A stretch of DNA of 64,000 bases from the human T2T-CHM13v2.0 reference genome, Homo sapiens. Of the stretch, positions 48,915 to 64,000 are shown piece by piece. Below the pieces are notes generated by a model that saw nothing but the letters and a program-made list of their open reading frames with translations, was not told the DNA's origin and did not search any database. Numbering within the stretch: the first letter of the stretch is position 1; every line of letters begins with the position of its first letter. Where the stretch lies: assembly GCF_009914755.1 (NCBI RefSeq), contig NC_060944.1, one strand, 5' to 3'. Both the position numbers and the translations under genes were made by a program.

Positions 48915-50183
48915 AAAGGAAAGAGATGAGCTACCACTTCGCATTCACTAGGATGGGATGAAAAAGTCAGAGAAACTCAGGTGCTGGCGAGGATGTGGGG
49001 GAACTGGACCCCCACACACACTGCTGCTGGGAATGGAAAATAGAAAAAACAAGCTGGCAGGTTCTTCAAATGATTAAACAGAGAGAGCTACCATGTGACC
49101 CAGAGAGTCCACTCCTCAAAAAACCCAAGAGAAATAAAAGCTTCCACACCAAAACTTGGACACAAAGGTTCTTTTGTTTGTTTGTTTGTTTGTTTGTTTT
49201 ATACTTTAAGTTCTAGGGTACGTGTGCACAATGTGCAGGTTTGTTACATATGTATACATGTGCCGTGTTGGTTTGCTGCACCCATTAACTTGTCATTTAC
49301 ATTAGGTATCTCTCCTAATGCTATCCCTCCCTCAGCACCCCAGCCCCCAACAGGTCCCGGTGTGTGTGATGTTCCCTGCCCTGTGTCCAAGCGTTCTTAT
49401 TGTTTGGTTCCCACCTATGAGTGAGAACATGCGATGTTTGGTTTTCTGTCCTTGTGATAGTTTGCTCAGAATGATGGTCTCCAGCTTCATCCATGCCCCT
49501 GCAAAGGACATGAACTCATCCTTTTTTATGCCTGCATAGTATTCCATGGTGTATATGTGCCACATTTTCTTAATCCAGTCTATCATTGATGGACATTTGG
49601 GTTGGTTCCAAGTCTTTGCTATTGTGAATAGTGCCACAGTAAACATACGTGTGCATGTGTCTTTATAGTAGCATGATTTATAATCCTTTGGGTGTATACC
49701 CAGTAATGGGATGGCTGGGTCAAATGGTACTTCTAGCTCTAGATCCTTGAGGAATCGCCACACTGTCTTCCACAATGGCTGAACTAATTTACACTTCCAC
49801 CAACAGTGTAAAAGCATTCCTGTTTCTCCACATCCTCTCCAGCATCTGTTGTTTCCTGACTTTTTAATGATCGCCATTCTAACTGGTGTGAGATGGTGTC
49901 TCATTGTGGTTTTGATGACAGAAAGGTTCTTAACAGCACTGTTTGTAATATCCAAAAAGTGAAAACAACCTAAATGTTCCCCAGTTGAAGAATGGATCCA
50001 CAAACTGGCATATCCACGCAATGGAAAATTATTAGCCGTAAAAAGAAATGAAGGACCGGCACACACCACAACATGGATGAACTTTGAAAACCTGTTGCAA
50101 AATAAACGAAGCCAAACACCCAACAGCACATCTTGCATGGACATTCTTATGAAATGTCCAGAATAGACAAATCCATAGAATAT
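48915..50183 (+). mobile_element. Old L1 (L1MB-like) fragment, split by a younger L1PA insertion
   Basis: gagatgagctaccacttcgcattcactaggatgg...ccacaccaaaacttggacacaaa | taacagcactgtttgtaata...gaatagacaaatccataga. Confidence 0.8.
49174..49916 (-). mobile_element. 5'-truncated L1PA (ORF2 C-terminus + 3' UTR) with 15-bp TSD
   Basis: ORF 49332..50213(-) contains the L1 ORF2p C-terminus; tail decayed to (TTTG)n; TSD GACA(C/G)AAAGGTTCTT at 49159-49173 and 49917-49931. Confidence 0.93.
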
Positions 50184-52983
50184 TTCAAAAAAAAAAGCAA
50201 CTGAAGTCACCATGGGAAAATCAGAATTCTGTGGGCCTTCCCTATGCGTATGTATAGCTTAATATCTCTTTTATTTTGGATGGTGTGCATGGCGGGGTGC
50301 TTCATTCTTCTCCCTGTTTGTCCCCAAAGTCTCCACTTGGCAGGAATACTGGGTTGGAGGTGACCAGGGGCAGGCGCATTCCGAAGCAGGGAGTGAGCCA
50401 CCCGGCGGTGCCCCCAGGCTACACTAGAAGCCTTGACTTCCAGTTTTACCAAACTGGGGAAGAACTCAGCCAAGTTCACGTGAGCAGCAGGGTGCTGGGG
50501 GCGGGAAACTGGGAGTCCGGTTGTGCCGTGTTGAGTGTGGGCTGGTGGGCAGCAGGCGGCGCCTGGAGCATGAGCTGGGCTCTGGGAGGGTGCAGGCTAC
50601 AGGGGCCGAGGGCGCTGCATTGAGCGGGACGGATGGGTGATGCTGCCACAAGCAAACCCCCAGGGCCCAGTGGCTGAAAGCACACAAGCTGGTTCTCATC
50701 CAGGACACGCCTGTGGAAGCTGGAGGCCATTCCGTGTCACTGTGGCCCTCAGAGCAGGACCCCGGACAGGCTGAGCTGGGGCTGAAGGGAACAACGTGGT
50801 CATGATGGTGGAGGGAAGGCACACAGTGGCCTTTGTGCCTCTGCCTAGAAGTAAAGCACTCATGTCACTCAGCCCACGTGTTATCAGAGCCAGTCATACG
50901 GCCAAACCTCACCTCCTAAGGGCGGGAGGTGCAGCCCTCCGGTGTGCTGAGGGGAGAGAGAGCCCCCAGAGACCACTCCAGGCATCTCCAGCAAACAGAG
51001 GTTGTCACCACCCTCAGCCGGCAGAGACTGCCTGTGGAATGAGTGCAGGTGGAGGAGAGGGGAAGATGATCCCTAGCTGGGACCCACCCTGTGTGGGGCT
51101 CTGGAGGGAAGGAAACAGCCCTGGTCCCAGCTCCTTCCAGAGCCGCTGACCCAGCCAGGTTGCACTCTGCGGGAGGTGGCCCGGGAGCCGTGCTGCCCCT
51201 AACCTCACCCTGAAGCTGGTCCTTCCAGGAGGGGCCGCCTCCTCGGAGAGAGGAGATGCCATGGAGAGGCCAGGGAAACCGCCACGGGGCCGTGTCCAGC
51301 GCTTCTCCAGCCAATACTCACCAGAAACGAAAGAGGTTCCAGGGTGATGTGATTGGGGTCTGTCTGCCCTGCTAGACTGTGAGCTCCAGGGGCTCAGGGC
51401 CAGGCCAGGCTCTGCTCACCACCATTGTCACTCCAGTGCCCGGCACCCTGCCTGGCATGCACTTGGCACTCAATAAATGTCTGCGGAAGGAATGATGCAT
51501 GAGGAATCCTGAGTGCACAGGTGGCCCTGCTGAAACTCCTTCCCACCGCGGGGCCTTCGCACATACCGTGTCCACTGCCTGGAGCACCTCCCTGCAGGTG
51601 TTGATGTAGTGCCCTCCTCCACCCACCCTCTGACACTGCCTGCCTCCTCCAAGCGCTTCTCAGGGTTTGTGCCACTCAGTGCATTTATTCATTTGCTCAT
51701 TTTAACATCTGCCTCCTTCCTGAACGTGAACTCAGGAGGCAAGGGTGTTTCCGACCCATCCATGACAGTGCCCAGCCGCCCGTCCAGTGTCTGGCACAAA
51801 GTAGGGAACTTACAATAGTTGCTGCTCATGTGAATTCTAGAGAATTTAAATTAAACGACCTTCCAAGCTTCAAAGTCAGCCGAAGCAGCATCTGCCACCC
51901 ACAGTCACCTGCGTCGGGTGAGTCCTCATGAGACAGTGCACTGGGGGATAGGAATGCTGCAGACACAGACTTGGGCCCTGCCTGGAGCTGCCCTGGGAAA
52001 GGCCTGTGGGGGTGCAGCCAGGCCCCCTCCCCTGTTCCCTGCTCCTGGGGAGTCTTCCAGTAGAGTTCAGAGATGCCCGTGCGAGGGTAGGATGTGGAGG
52101 CCTCCCTCTGAGATCCTCTTGGGACAGCCTTGCTCTCCTTCAAGGGCCACAAGGTTCAATTTTGACCATATTTGCCTCAGAGAAAAACAGCCACCCCGTG
52201 GGGTCGTGGTATAAATACCAGTTTATTTACTCTGATTCTCAGCAAAGCATGCTTCCAAGGAGCAAAGGTTTCCTGCTTGCTAGTGTACAATTTTGGAAAT
52301 GTGGCCCTGGGACAGGAGACTGTGGCAGGCTCGGCTAAAGGCACAGTGGGGGATGGGGTGCAGTGTCCGATTATGGGGGTGCTGCTCCACCCAGGTCACC
52401 TCACAGAGTGCCTTCCCTCCGGAAAGTAAGACAAGGAAAATTCGAGAATAGACTCCCTGGCCCTCTGCACTGGGGCTTCCGAGGCCAATTACCAGACAGC
52501 CTGGAGCTGTGCCCAGGTTTTCCTTGGGGGAACTCTCCCTTCTCTACTCCAGGTCCCTGGGTCTCAGGTGAGTCCAGTTCTACCCCTGGCCCTATGGGGG
52601 TGGGCGTGAGGCCCAGGCCTGGCCAATAAGAACATTGGATGCCACTGGCCTCAGTAATGAACTCAGGAATGGGCACATCATCCAGTTAGAGCCAATGAGA
52701 TACCATAAAGTTTATGCTGGGGTGGCTGGGAGAGAGGCAGGACCCCTTTTCCATGGACATTAACCTGGGGGGTTAGAGTCTGAAGCTGCCAGGATGACCC
52801 TATGGACCCTGAGCATGAGGCTAGTTTGGGGGATAGCAGGTGTGGGAAACAGAGAAACCAAGTCCCGGTGACAGTGTTTAAGCTGCTGGATCCAGCCATT
52901 CCTGAAGCCAGACCAGTGAGAGAGCAAGTCAGTTCTCTTTTTTCATTAAACTAGTGTCTTGATTTTCTATTATCAACTTATCA

Positions 52984-53921
<938 letters not shown>

Positions 53922-54251
53922 CGTTCCTGCACTTTCCACGTGGCCCCACCAGCAACAGCAGGTGAGCGCCTCTCACACTCAATCTCTGCAGCTTCCCTTT
54001 TGCTACCCACCGGTCTCTGCCTCCAGCTGGAGAAAGTTCGCTGCCTTCACGGGTTTATGGGATTAGATTGGTCCCACCTGTATAATCCAGACATCATCTC
54101 CCTATCTGGAGGTTTATAACCTTAATCACATCTGCAAAGTTCTTTTGCCATATGACTTATTTACGAGTTCCAGAGATTAGGACATGGATGTCTTGGGGTC
54201 ATTATTCTGTCCACCCCAGCAGTTTGACTTGGGGTTTCTGTCATTTGGTAG

Positions 54252-54867
<616 letters not shown>

Positions 54868-55845
54868 TATTTTTTTTGTTCTAAAACTCTCCATCCTGGG
54901 TTGGACTCTGGCTCTCCCTTTGATAAGCCTCATAACCACTCAATATTTCCCCCCTAAATGACAGTGCATTAAGCCCCAAAGAGTCTCCTTTTGTTCTTTC
55001 CACAAATGACACCTGAGCTGCTCCTCTGGGGGTGGGGGGAAGCAGCAGGGAAGCAGTGAGAAGCTGGGCGTGGCTACTGTCCTCTGGGAACTCACTGCTC
55101 AGCACTGAGTTACAGTGTGAGGAGGGCTGTGAAGGAAACGGGCAGGTAGGATACTGGAGGGTCAGGAGGGGCCAGGTGGGAGGCAGGGCCAGCAGAGCCT
55201 GGGGAGAGGTCCCACAGTAAGGCACAGGGGAAGAGCATTGCGGAGGAGGTGGTGGCCTGTGCAAATGCCTGGAGGTTGGACATGCTCGGCTACGCTGAGG
55301 AACTGCAGGGAGGCCGGGAGGGCAGGAGCGTGGTCAGGGAGTGGAGGCTGAGGCTGCCAGCTGGGGAGGGGCCCAGATGGGGCCGCATGACTTCATATCC
55401 TCCCACCCTCTTACAACACAGACACTGCTGGCGGCTTTGGAGTGGCAACTCTCTGGGGGTTGGAAACAGGGGTCCTGACTCCTGGCAACTTCCTCCCCTC
55501 CCCCAGCACAGCTGCACTTGACACGGAGACCATCCTAGCGTGACTTCCAGTCTCACTTGCACCCAGTCTTCCACAGAGTACTTGAGACCTCCCCGGATCT
55601 CCCCCCTAGCACCCGGGCGCTGCAGACTGCCTCCACCACACCCTGCGCCCTTCCGCTCCCAGAGGAGGGGGAGCACCATTGTTCTTGGTGGAGAAGTGGG
55701 TGCTGGGATGGTTGGCTTCGTGAGAAGGGGGAGGACAGATAGGTCCCACTGAGATGGACTCCATATCCCCTGCTTTGCACCCTAGCCTCTGAGCTATCCA
55801 GCCTTCAGACATCAGCTTCCTGCTGCTAATGGTGGTGGCATTTCA

Positions 55846-55974
55846 ATTTTTATTTTTTAGAACGGGGTCTCGCTATATTGCCCAGGCAGGTTTTGAACTC
55901 CTGGGCCCAAGCTGTTTTCCCGCCTCTGCCTCCCTAAGAGCTGGGATTACAGGCATGAGCCCCCTTGCCTGGCC
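55846..55974 (-). mobile_element. Alu monomer (FLAM-like)
   Basis: Single reverse arm. Confidence 0.8.
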
Positions 55975-57112
55975 CGGTGGTGGCATTTCAACACAGAGAA
56001 TGAGCCCAGCTTCAATTCCCTAGGTATTGATAGGATCCAGGAGACTGTCGTGGAAAGTCTCCCTCCCATCCTGTCCCTTCCAATTCTCTTCTCCCGAGGC
56101 GTGCAGCACCTCCAGCTGGGGACACTGAGGTCTGCACAGATGGATGTTTACTCTTCCCCGCTTCGAGCACAGGCCATTTGCTCTGCACGGCACCTGTCTC
56201 TTTCCCACTAAATGCATCTTGACCAGGCCCCTTAGCACACACGGGGCTTGCTCTTTCTTTGCCGTCAGCTGCGTGCTATCTGTGGCGTGCATGGGGCAGG
56301 TGGGGTGGGCGTTCCCATCCCCAGCGATGGAGGCAGGAGCTCTTTCAGGCTCACCTGGAACACAGTCACATGTGCTGGTCTGTCGGCATCACCTCAGCAG
56401 TGAGCCCATCTGTGGGCCGTCATTTCATCTGCACCTTCCTCCTTAGTCCTCCCACAGCACCCCCAGGAGGGCATGGTGGGATGCAGAGACACTGGATCTC
56501 AGGCCACACTTTCCTGAATTTTTCCCCAAATTCAGTGACCCAGCAGGACCTGTGCCTCCTGACGTGGTTTCACTGTTATTTCTAGAGTCTCCCAAGGGGG
56601 ATCCCCTAGGCCTCCAAACCAGCCTCAGAAGCCACTGTGGGTCCTCGGAAGTCACCGTGGGTCCTTGGAAGCCACTGTGTGTCTTCCCTGCCCTCTTCCC
56701 ACTATGCTCTCACTCGCCTGTGCCTGCTACCCCAAGGCTCTGGAGAAGGCTGCCTGGGGCCCCCATCCCAGGACACCAGTGTCCACACCAAGGTCTCTAC
56801 CTGCAGGCAGCTGCAGAGCTCTGGCCCCTGGGAAGGTCGGGGAAGGGAGCCTCCTTCCAGTGTGCAGTCCTGAGCCACCTCCCCGGGTCCCTACTGACCA
56901 TCACAGCACCCACCTCACTGCTACCCACCCCACAGCAAGGCCTCCACGGCATGAATGGAGACAGTGGGCCTGTGGGGGAGGGGGTTAGAAACAGCGTCAT
57001 CTGTTCCAGCAGGAGCTGGTCATGCTGCAGGGTGGGCGCCTCTGACAACTTCACCAGCCCCAACCTCTCCCTCTAAACACATTCATTCAACCAATCTTTC
57101 CCCATTTACTTA

Positions 57113-58241
<1,129 letters not shown>

Positions 58242-59387
58242 AGGCTCAGGTTTTTCAAAGCCTGAAATTATGTCAATTTTGGACACAATCTTTAAGAAAA
58301 AGAGATACAGTTACATGTACAGAATTAGGGCCAGGGCCTTTCCCCTAAGCTAAAACTTGGACAGCCTCAGGGTGAACCCCATGTGAGCTAACACTGAAAG
58401 AAAGACTGGCGCTGATGACAGGAACCTTCTTCCAGGCAGGGGGAACAGCCGCGGAAAAGCTTCGAGGTGGCAAAGAGCCGGGAGAGTTCTGTGTGACTGC
58501 AGCTTGGCAGGGGATCCAGGAGAGGCTGGAGGCCCAACAGGCCGGACCAGGAAGTGCCAGGTATGACATAATGTGGCCTTGGTCTCTCAGGAGTCCAGAG
58601 GGCAAGCCTGGCGAGATGACCCTTGGGTTCCAGCAGGACTGAGCCCTCTGCCAGCCAACGTTTTCCTATTCATTCCAGTGGCCCCAGCCCTCCCTGTCGG
58701 CTGCCAGGAATGTGTCACTCCTGCTTCGGGGTCCCTGCTGCCCCCTGCCCCACTCAGAAAGATCCCTTGGGGCTGGTTGGGGAGGCAGCCTCCCCCTCCT
58801 CCTCTCCCTGAGCTCTGCTCAGAATAAAAGCTCCCGGGGTCCTGGCTGAGGATGCTGTGCCCTCGCCCATCCGTGGCCACTGCCAGCCATTTGCATCACA
58901 AATGAGGCACAGTCGTGCCGTTGGGCACCAGCCTGGTGCTACCCTCGGTGACTCAAGGACACAGGCCAGGATCCAGCTGCTGAACGTGCTGCCTTGCCCC
59001 ACCCCCAGCCGCCTAAACTGTGTCGCTGGGGAAGGATGCCCCGGTCCCCAGCCTGCCTGGGATCCTCCTGGCCTGGGCAGCTCTCCCCACCAGCCAGGAG
59101 AGCAACCATCGTCGGGGTGATAAACCCAACGCTGGGCAAGGAGCGCTCTGCATGTCAGGTGGGAACTCAGCACTTGGCAGACATTCTCTCTGTTAGCTTT
59201 CACGGCAGCCTGCTTTACAGAGGAGGAAACTGAGGCTCAGAGAGGGTGAGTGACGTACCCATGGCCGCTCAGCTACTCAGCTATACTCAGTAGAACTGGG
59301 GCTTGAACTCATGTCATTCTACTCTAGAAACTGTGCTGTGAGCACCGGCTGTCCCTTCCAAGGCCATCCGTGCTTACCCTGGGCATG

Positions 59388-59831
59388 CAATAGCTGTGCT
59401 CTGGATGAATAAAAGTGACCAATAGCTGCGCACTAGGTGAATATAAGTGACCAAGAGCTGTGCATTGGATGAATATAAGTGACCAATAGCTGTGTGCTGG
59501 ATGAATATAAGTGACCAATAGCTGTGCACTGGATGAATATAAGTGACCAATAGCTGTGTACTGGATGAACAAGTGACCAATAGCTGTGTGCTGGGTGAGC
59601 GAGTGACCAATAGCTGTGCTCTGGTTGAATAAAATTGACCAATAGCTACGCACTGGATGAATAAAAGTGACCAATAGCTGTGCTCTGGATGAATATAAGT
59701 GACCAGTAGCTGTGCTATGGATGAATATAAGTGACCAGTAGCTGTGCTATGGATGAATATAAGTGACCAATAGCTGTGCCCTGGATGAATAAAAGTGACC
59801 AATAGCTGTGTGCTGGATGAGCAACAGTGAC
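59388..59831. repeat. 32-bp minisatellite, 13 full units plus partial flanks, consensus GTGACCAATAGCTGTGCACTGGATGAATATAA
   Basis: Unit starts at 59415, 59447, 59479, 59511, 59543, 59573, 59603, 59635, 59667, 59699, 59731, 59763, 59795. Confidence 0.97.
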
Positions 59832-60116
59832 ACAGAACGAGAAGTGAGAAGTGGAGGGAGTCGGACGGAGAGAGGCAAAGGTGGAGTAGTCAGCGTGACT
59901 CAGAGGCAGTCACTCCAACAGAACATGAAAGAAAAGCAGAAATGCAGGCAAGAGAGAATGAGGGAGACAGGCAGGAGAGAGAGTGACACTGAGGTGAACA
60001 GAGAGGGGCCTGGGGACAGGGTCTCCTTCTGGGGTGACGGAAATGTTATGGAGTTAGATCATGGTGACAGTTGCACAACTTTGCATACACACTAAAACCC
60101 ACTAAATTGTGTACTT

Positions 60117-60713
<597 letters not shown>

Positions 60714-60978
60714 TAATTTACAAACTTAAAAGAGCAAATTTTGTGGAATATGAATTACATACTATTTTAAAACACAAGAGGACATCAGGCAAACCCGAAC
60801 TGAGGCACACTTTGCAAAATACGTAATACTCTTCACTATGTCAAGGTCACAAAAGACAAAGAAAGCCCAGGGAAAGGCCCCTGGGTGGTTGCAGTGTGAC
60901 GTGAGATCCTGGAGCAGAAAGTGGACATCAGGAAGAAGCTGTGAGTCCTGAACGTGACCTATGGTCTGATTCATATTA

Positions 60979-61306
<328 letters not shown>

Positions 61307-61923
61307 TTAGTGTTGCTGATTGTCCTGTGGTTTTGTAAAATGCTAATAGGAAAGAAGCTGGGTGAAGGGCGTATGGGAACTCTCTGCACTTACTCTCTTT
61401 GCACCTTTTCTTTCTTTCTGGAGATGGTGGTCCTGGCTTGCCAGGGTCAAGCTCAGGGCTTGAGTGGGATTACAGGCATAAGCCACCGCGCCTGGCCTCA
61501 CCTGCCTATTTATGATTACAGCAATTTGCAGGACCATAGTTTTGTGTGCACCAGTGAAACAGCTCACATGAGAATGATCTGCGCTGTGCACAGTGCTTCG
61601 ATTTTGTGTTTTCCACTGATGACATGTTGAGGTCCAGGGAGGAGGGGTATAGGTGAGGCCCATTCTTGGAAGAGCAGCCCCCACCCACCCCAGGGCTCAG
61701 CCCTGTCACACCCGTCCCCCGAGGACTGGCATTTGGGCATCATCACCTTTTTACTACTTTCATCACCTTCTTCAAACGGGCCATCCGTGGAACTGCAGCA
61801 GGGCAGCGGGTCGGGGGTGGGGGAAGCGTGGGCCTGGGCTGGGGGTGGGCTTGGGGGCTGTGCACTGCTCTGTAGGCTCCCCGAGGCTCCTCTGATAGAA
61901 ATCATCCTATCAGGATGCATGAT

Positions 61924-62004
61924 CCAGGACAGTCACGCAGGGCTCAGAAGCCAGGACAGTCACTCAGGGCTCAGAAGCCAGGACAGTCACGCAGGGCTCG
62001 GAAG
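61924..62004. repeat. 27-bp tandem repeat x3 (CCAGGACAGTCACGCAGGGCTCAGAAG) within a MER45A-like relic
   Basis: Units at 61924, 61951, 61978. Confidence 0.9.
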
Positions 62005-62050
62005 GGCCCTGCTCAGGGTTTCCTGCTCTGCTGTTACCATCTTGAAATTC

Positions 62051-62340
62051 TTCTTTCTTTTTTTTTTTCTGAGACAGAGTTCTCACTCTGTCACCCATGG
62101 GCATGATCTCCACTCACTGCAAACTCCGCCTCCCAGGTTCAAGTGATTCTCCTGTCTCAGCCTCCTGAGTAGCTGGGATTACAGGCGTGCACCACATTCC
62201 TGGCTAATTTTTGTATTTTTAGTAGAGACAGGGTCTCACCATGTTGGTCAGGCTGGTCTTGAACTCCTGACCTCAAGCGATCCGCCTGCCTCGGCCTCCT
62301 AAAGTGCTGGGATTATAGGCATGAGCCACTGCGCCCAGCC
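62051..62340 (-). mobile_element. Alu (AluS-like) with TSD CATCTTGAAATTC, inserted in a MER45A-like element
   Basis: Reverse dimeric consensus; the duplicated flank is MER45A-like sequence. Confidence 0.92.
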
Positions 62341-63182
62341 CATCTTGAAATTCCTGGTAATGTTTCAACAAGGGGCTCTGCGTTCATTTTGTCAAACTTC
62401 ATGTGGACATCTGACAACAGCGAGCGCCTTCGGAGCCCTGGTCATGTGCCAGCTCTGCCCTAGGCCAGCCACACACACTGCCTCCTTGAATCCTACTAGC
62501 CGTTCTGTTACAGGCATGGTCATCATCAACCCATTCTGCAGATAGGGAAACTGAGACTCAGAGAGCTCCTGATTCAGGCAATACCAGGTAACATCAGCTT
62601 TGAAAATCAAATCTGGCCAATCCCTTTTTTTTCAAACTGAGACCCAGAGCGGCTAGAGTTGGCTCAGGGACACGCAGCCCCTGTGTCTCACTGCAGGGTT
62701 CCCAGCCATTCCCCAGGGAGGAACAAGAGACCATCTGCCCCCCGGGTGCTTTCTCCGGGCCTTTTTGGAAGGCCCCATTGGCTGGGTTCATTTTGCCACA
62801 TTTCCTTTCTTCCTGGCTGGTGGGGAGGACTGTCTCAATGAGGGGTGAACAAACCCCGGTTTTAATCAGAGCAGCCACTTCCTCTCACCAGAGAAGAAAC
62901 CCGCCCTCTCACAACCCACTTTCTATATTTAGACCCAGGGCCTCGCCTTGAGCTGGGCCAGGGCTGGGTGTGGCGGGGCCTGCGGCTGCTTCCGGCTCTC
63001 GGGAAGGAAGTTTCCACCTGTTTCCCAAGAGCCAGAGACACGAAGCCTGCAGGTCCTAGGCTGAGTGCAGGATTCTTGAGCCCACAGGGGCCCATAGGAC
63101 AGTAGTTCCAGCCTCCCCCTCTGCAGCTCCACAGCCATGTGGGGGACAAGGCCCATTTCCAGGACAAGAGAAGCCCACTCCC

Positions 63183-63760
63183 ATTTCATTCATTCCTTCA
63201 GGGACCTGGTGTTTTCTGGGTGCCTCCCACAACCCAGGTGCCGTTCTAGACTCTGGGGATACGGCAGGGAACAAGACAGGCCCCTGCCTTCACGGAGCTG
63301 ACAGTCTAATGGGAATGACAGAAGTAAATACAATAAAAATAAACTAATAAAACAGAAACCGGATATAACTAAGGAAAGGTAATGAAGGCATAAATCAGGC
63401 AGATGGACCAAGAGGCGTAGTAGAGTGGGCAACACCAGGGGCGGGGTCCCAGGGCCTCTGCAGGCCCCTGGGGTGTGGAAGGGCCTGGAATGCAGCGACA
63501 GACTGAACAGGGCTTAAGGCAGAGAGGACAGAGCGTGCTGATGTCACAGCCAGGGCTCTTGTGCCTGGTGTGGGAGCCAGTCAAGCTGGAGACAGGGGTG
63601 AGGTCAGGCCCTGCAGGGCCCGGGCACTAAGGCAGAGGTGTGGATCTCAAATACCAAGAGAAACCACCCAGCGCTTTTGAACCTAGCGTGACATGCATCA
63701 CGAGCTGTGTGGTTTTTTTAAAGCTCACCCCTACTGTGATGTCAAGAAAGGGAGGCAAGG
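63183..63760 (-). mobile_element. L2 3' region
   Basis: tttcattcattccttca...aacaagacaggcccctgccttcacggagctgacagtctaatggg. Confidence 0.65.
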
Positions 63761-63767
63761 GGCCAGG

Positions 63768-63879
63768 GGAGGGAGTCCAGGCCAGTTGGAGGGGGTCCAG
63801 GCCAGCATGAAGGGGGTTCAGGCCAGTGTTGAGAGGGTCTAGGCCAGTGTAGAGGGGGTCCAGGCCAGCGTGGAGGGGT
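63768..63879. repeat. ~21-bp G-rich minisatellite x5 (GTCCAGGCCAGTGTGGAGGGG)
   Basis: Five diverged tandem units. Confidence 0.85.
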
Positions 63880-63899
63880 GGTACCCCAATAGTCTAGGG

Positions 63900-64000
63900 C
63901 ACTGGCTCTCCACTGGGGCCATTCTGCTCCTCAGGGGATGTTGGGCAATGTCTAGAGACATTTTTTCTTGTCATAGTGGTGGTGTGCTACAGGCACCTGA
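63900..64000 (+). mobile_element. MER20 5' part, running off the window
   Basis: caggggatgttgggcaatgtctagagacatttttt...gtgctacaggca. Confidence 0.75.

Noticed and set aside
59388-59831. 32-bp periodic array resembling a CRISPR array, with overlapping repetitive ORFs
   Set aside because: Units are head-to-tail with no unique spacers, there are no cas genes and the context is primate; the ORFs are translations of the repeat

Overview
Primate genomic DNA, almost certainly human chr20q13 (a great-ape orthologue cannot be excluded from sequence alone). The + strand carries the last four coding exons and 3' UTR of RAE1 (WD40 mRNA-export factor; 3230-7854, poly(A) signals at 8190 and 8934). After ~13 kb of repeat-rich intergenic DNA comes the complete RBM38 (RNPC1) gene: CpG-island promoter ~18.9-22.6 kb, four coding exons 21348-37604 that join to exactly 720 nt (239 aa + stop), and a 3' UTR to ~39.09 kb. 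The last ~25 kb has no recognisable gene and consists of Alu, L1, L2, MIR, MLT1, MER20 and MER45 relics plus several minisatellites. Almost all other ORFs in the six-frame track are GC-rich or repeat-derived noise. I found no new protein-coding system. The most unusual features are: (1) a 13-unit, 32-bp minisatellite that places CCAAT boxes about three helical turns apart (59.4-59.8 kb); (2) a fossil template-switch rearrangement, a 186-bp direct duplication enclosing an inverted copy of an L1 segment from 2.2 kb away (47.5-50.2 kb); (3) a uORF plus dual-AUG arrangement at the RBM38 start; (4) a frameshifting 55-nt RBM38 exon flanked by RBM38-type GUGUG motifs; (5) an NF-E2 plus inverted-GATA enhancer-like cluster at ~45 kb, with candidate convergent CTCF motifs around the gene. 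Repeat subfamily names and boundaries are by eye and approximate.
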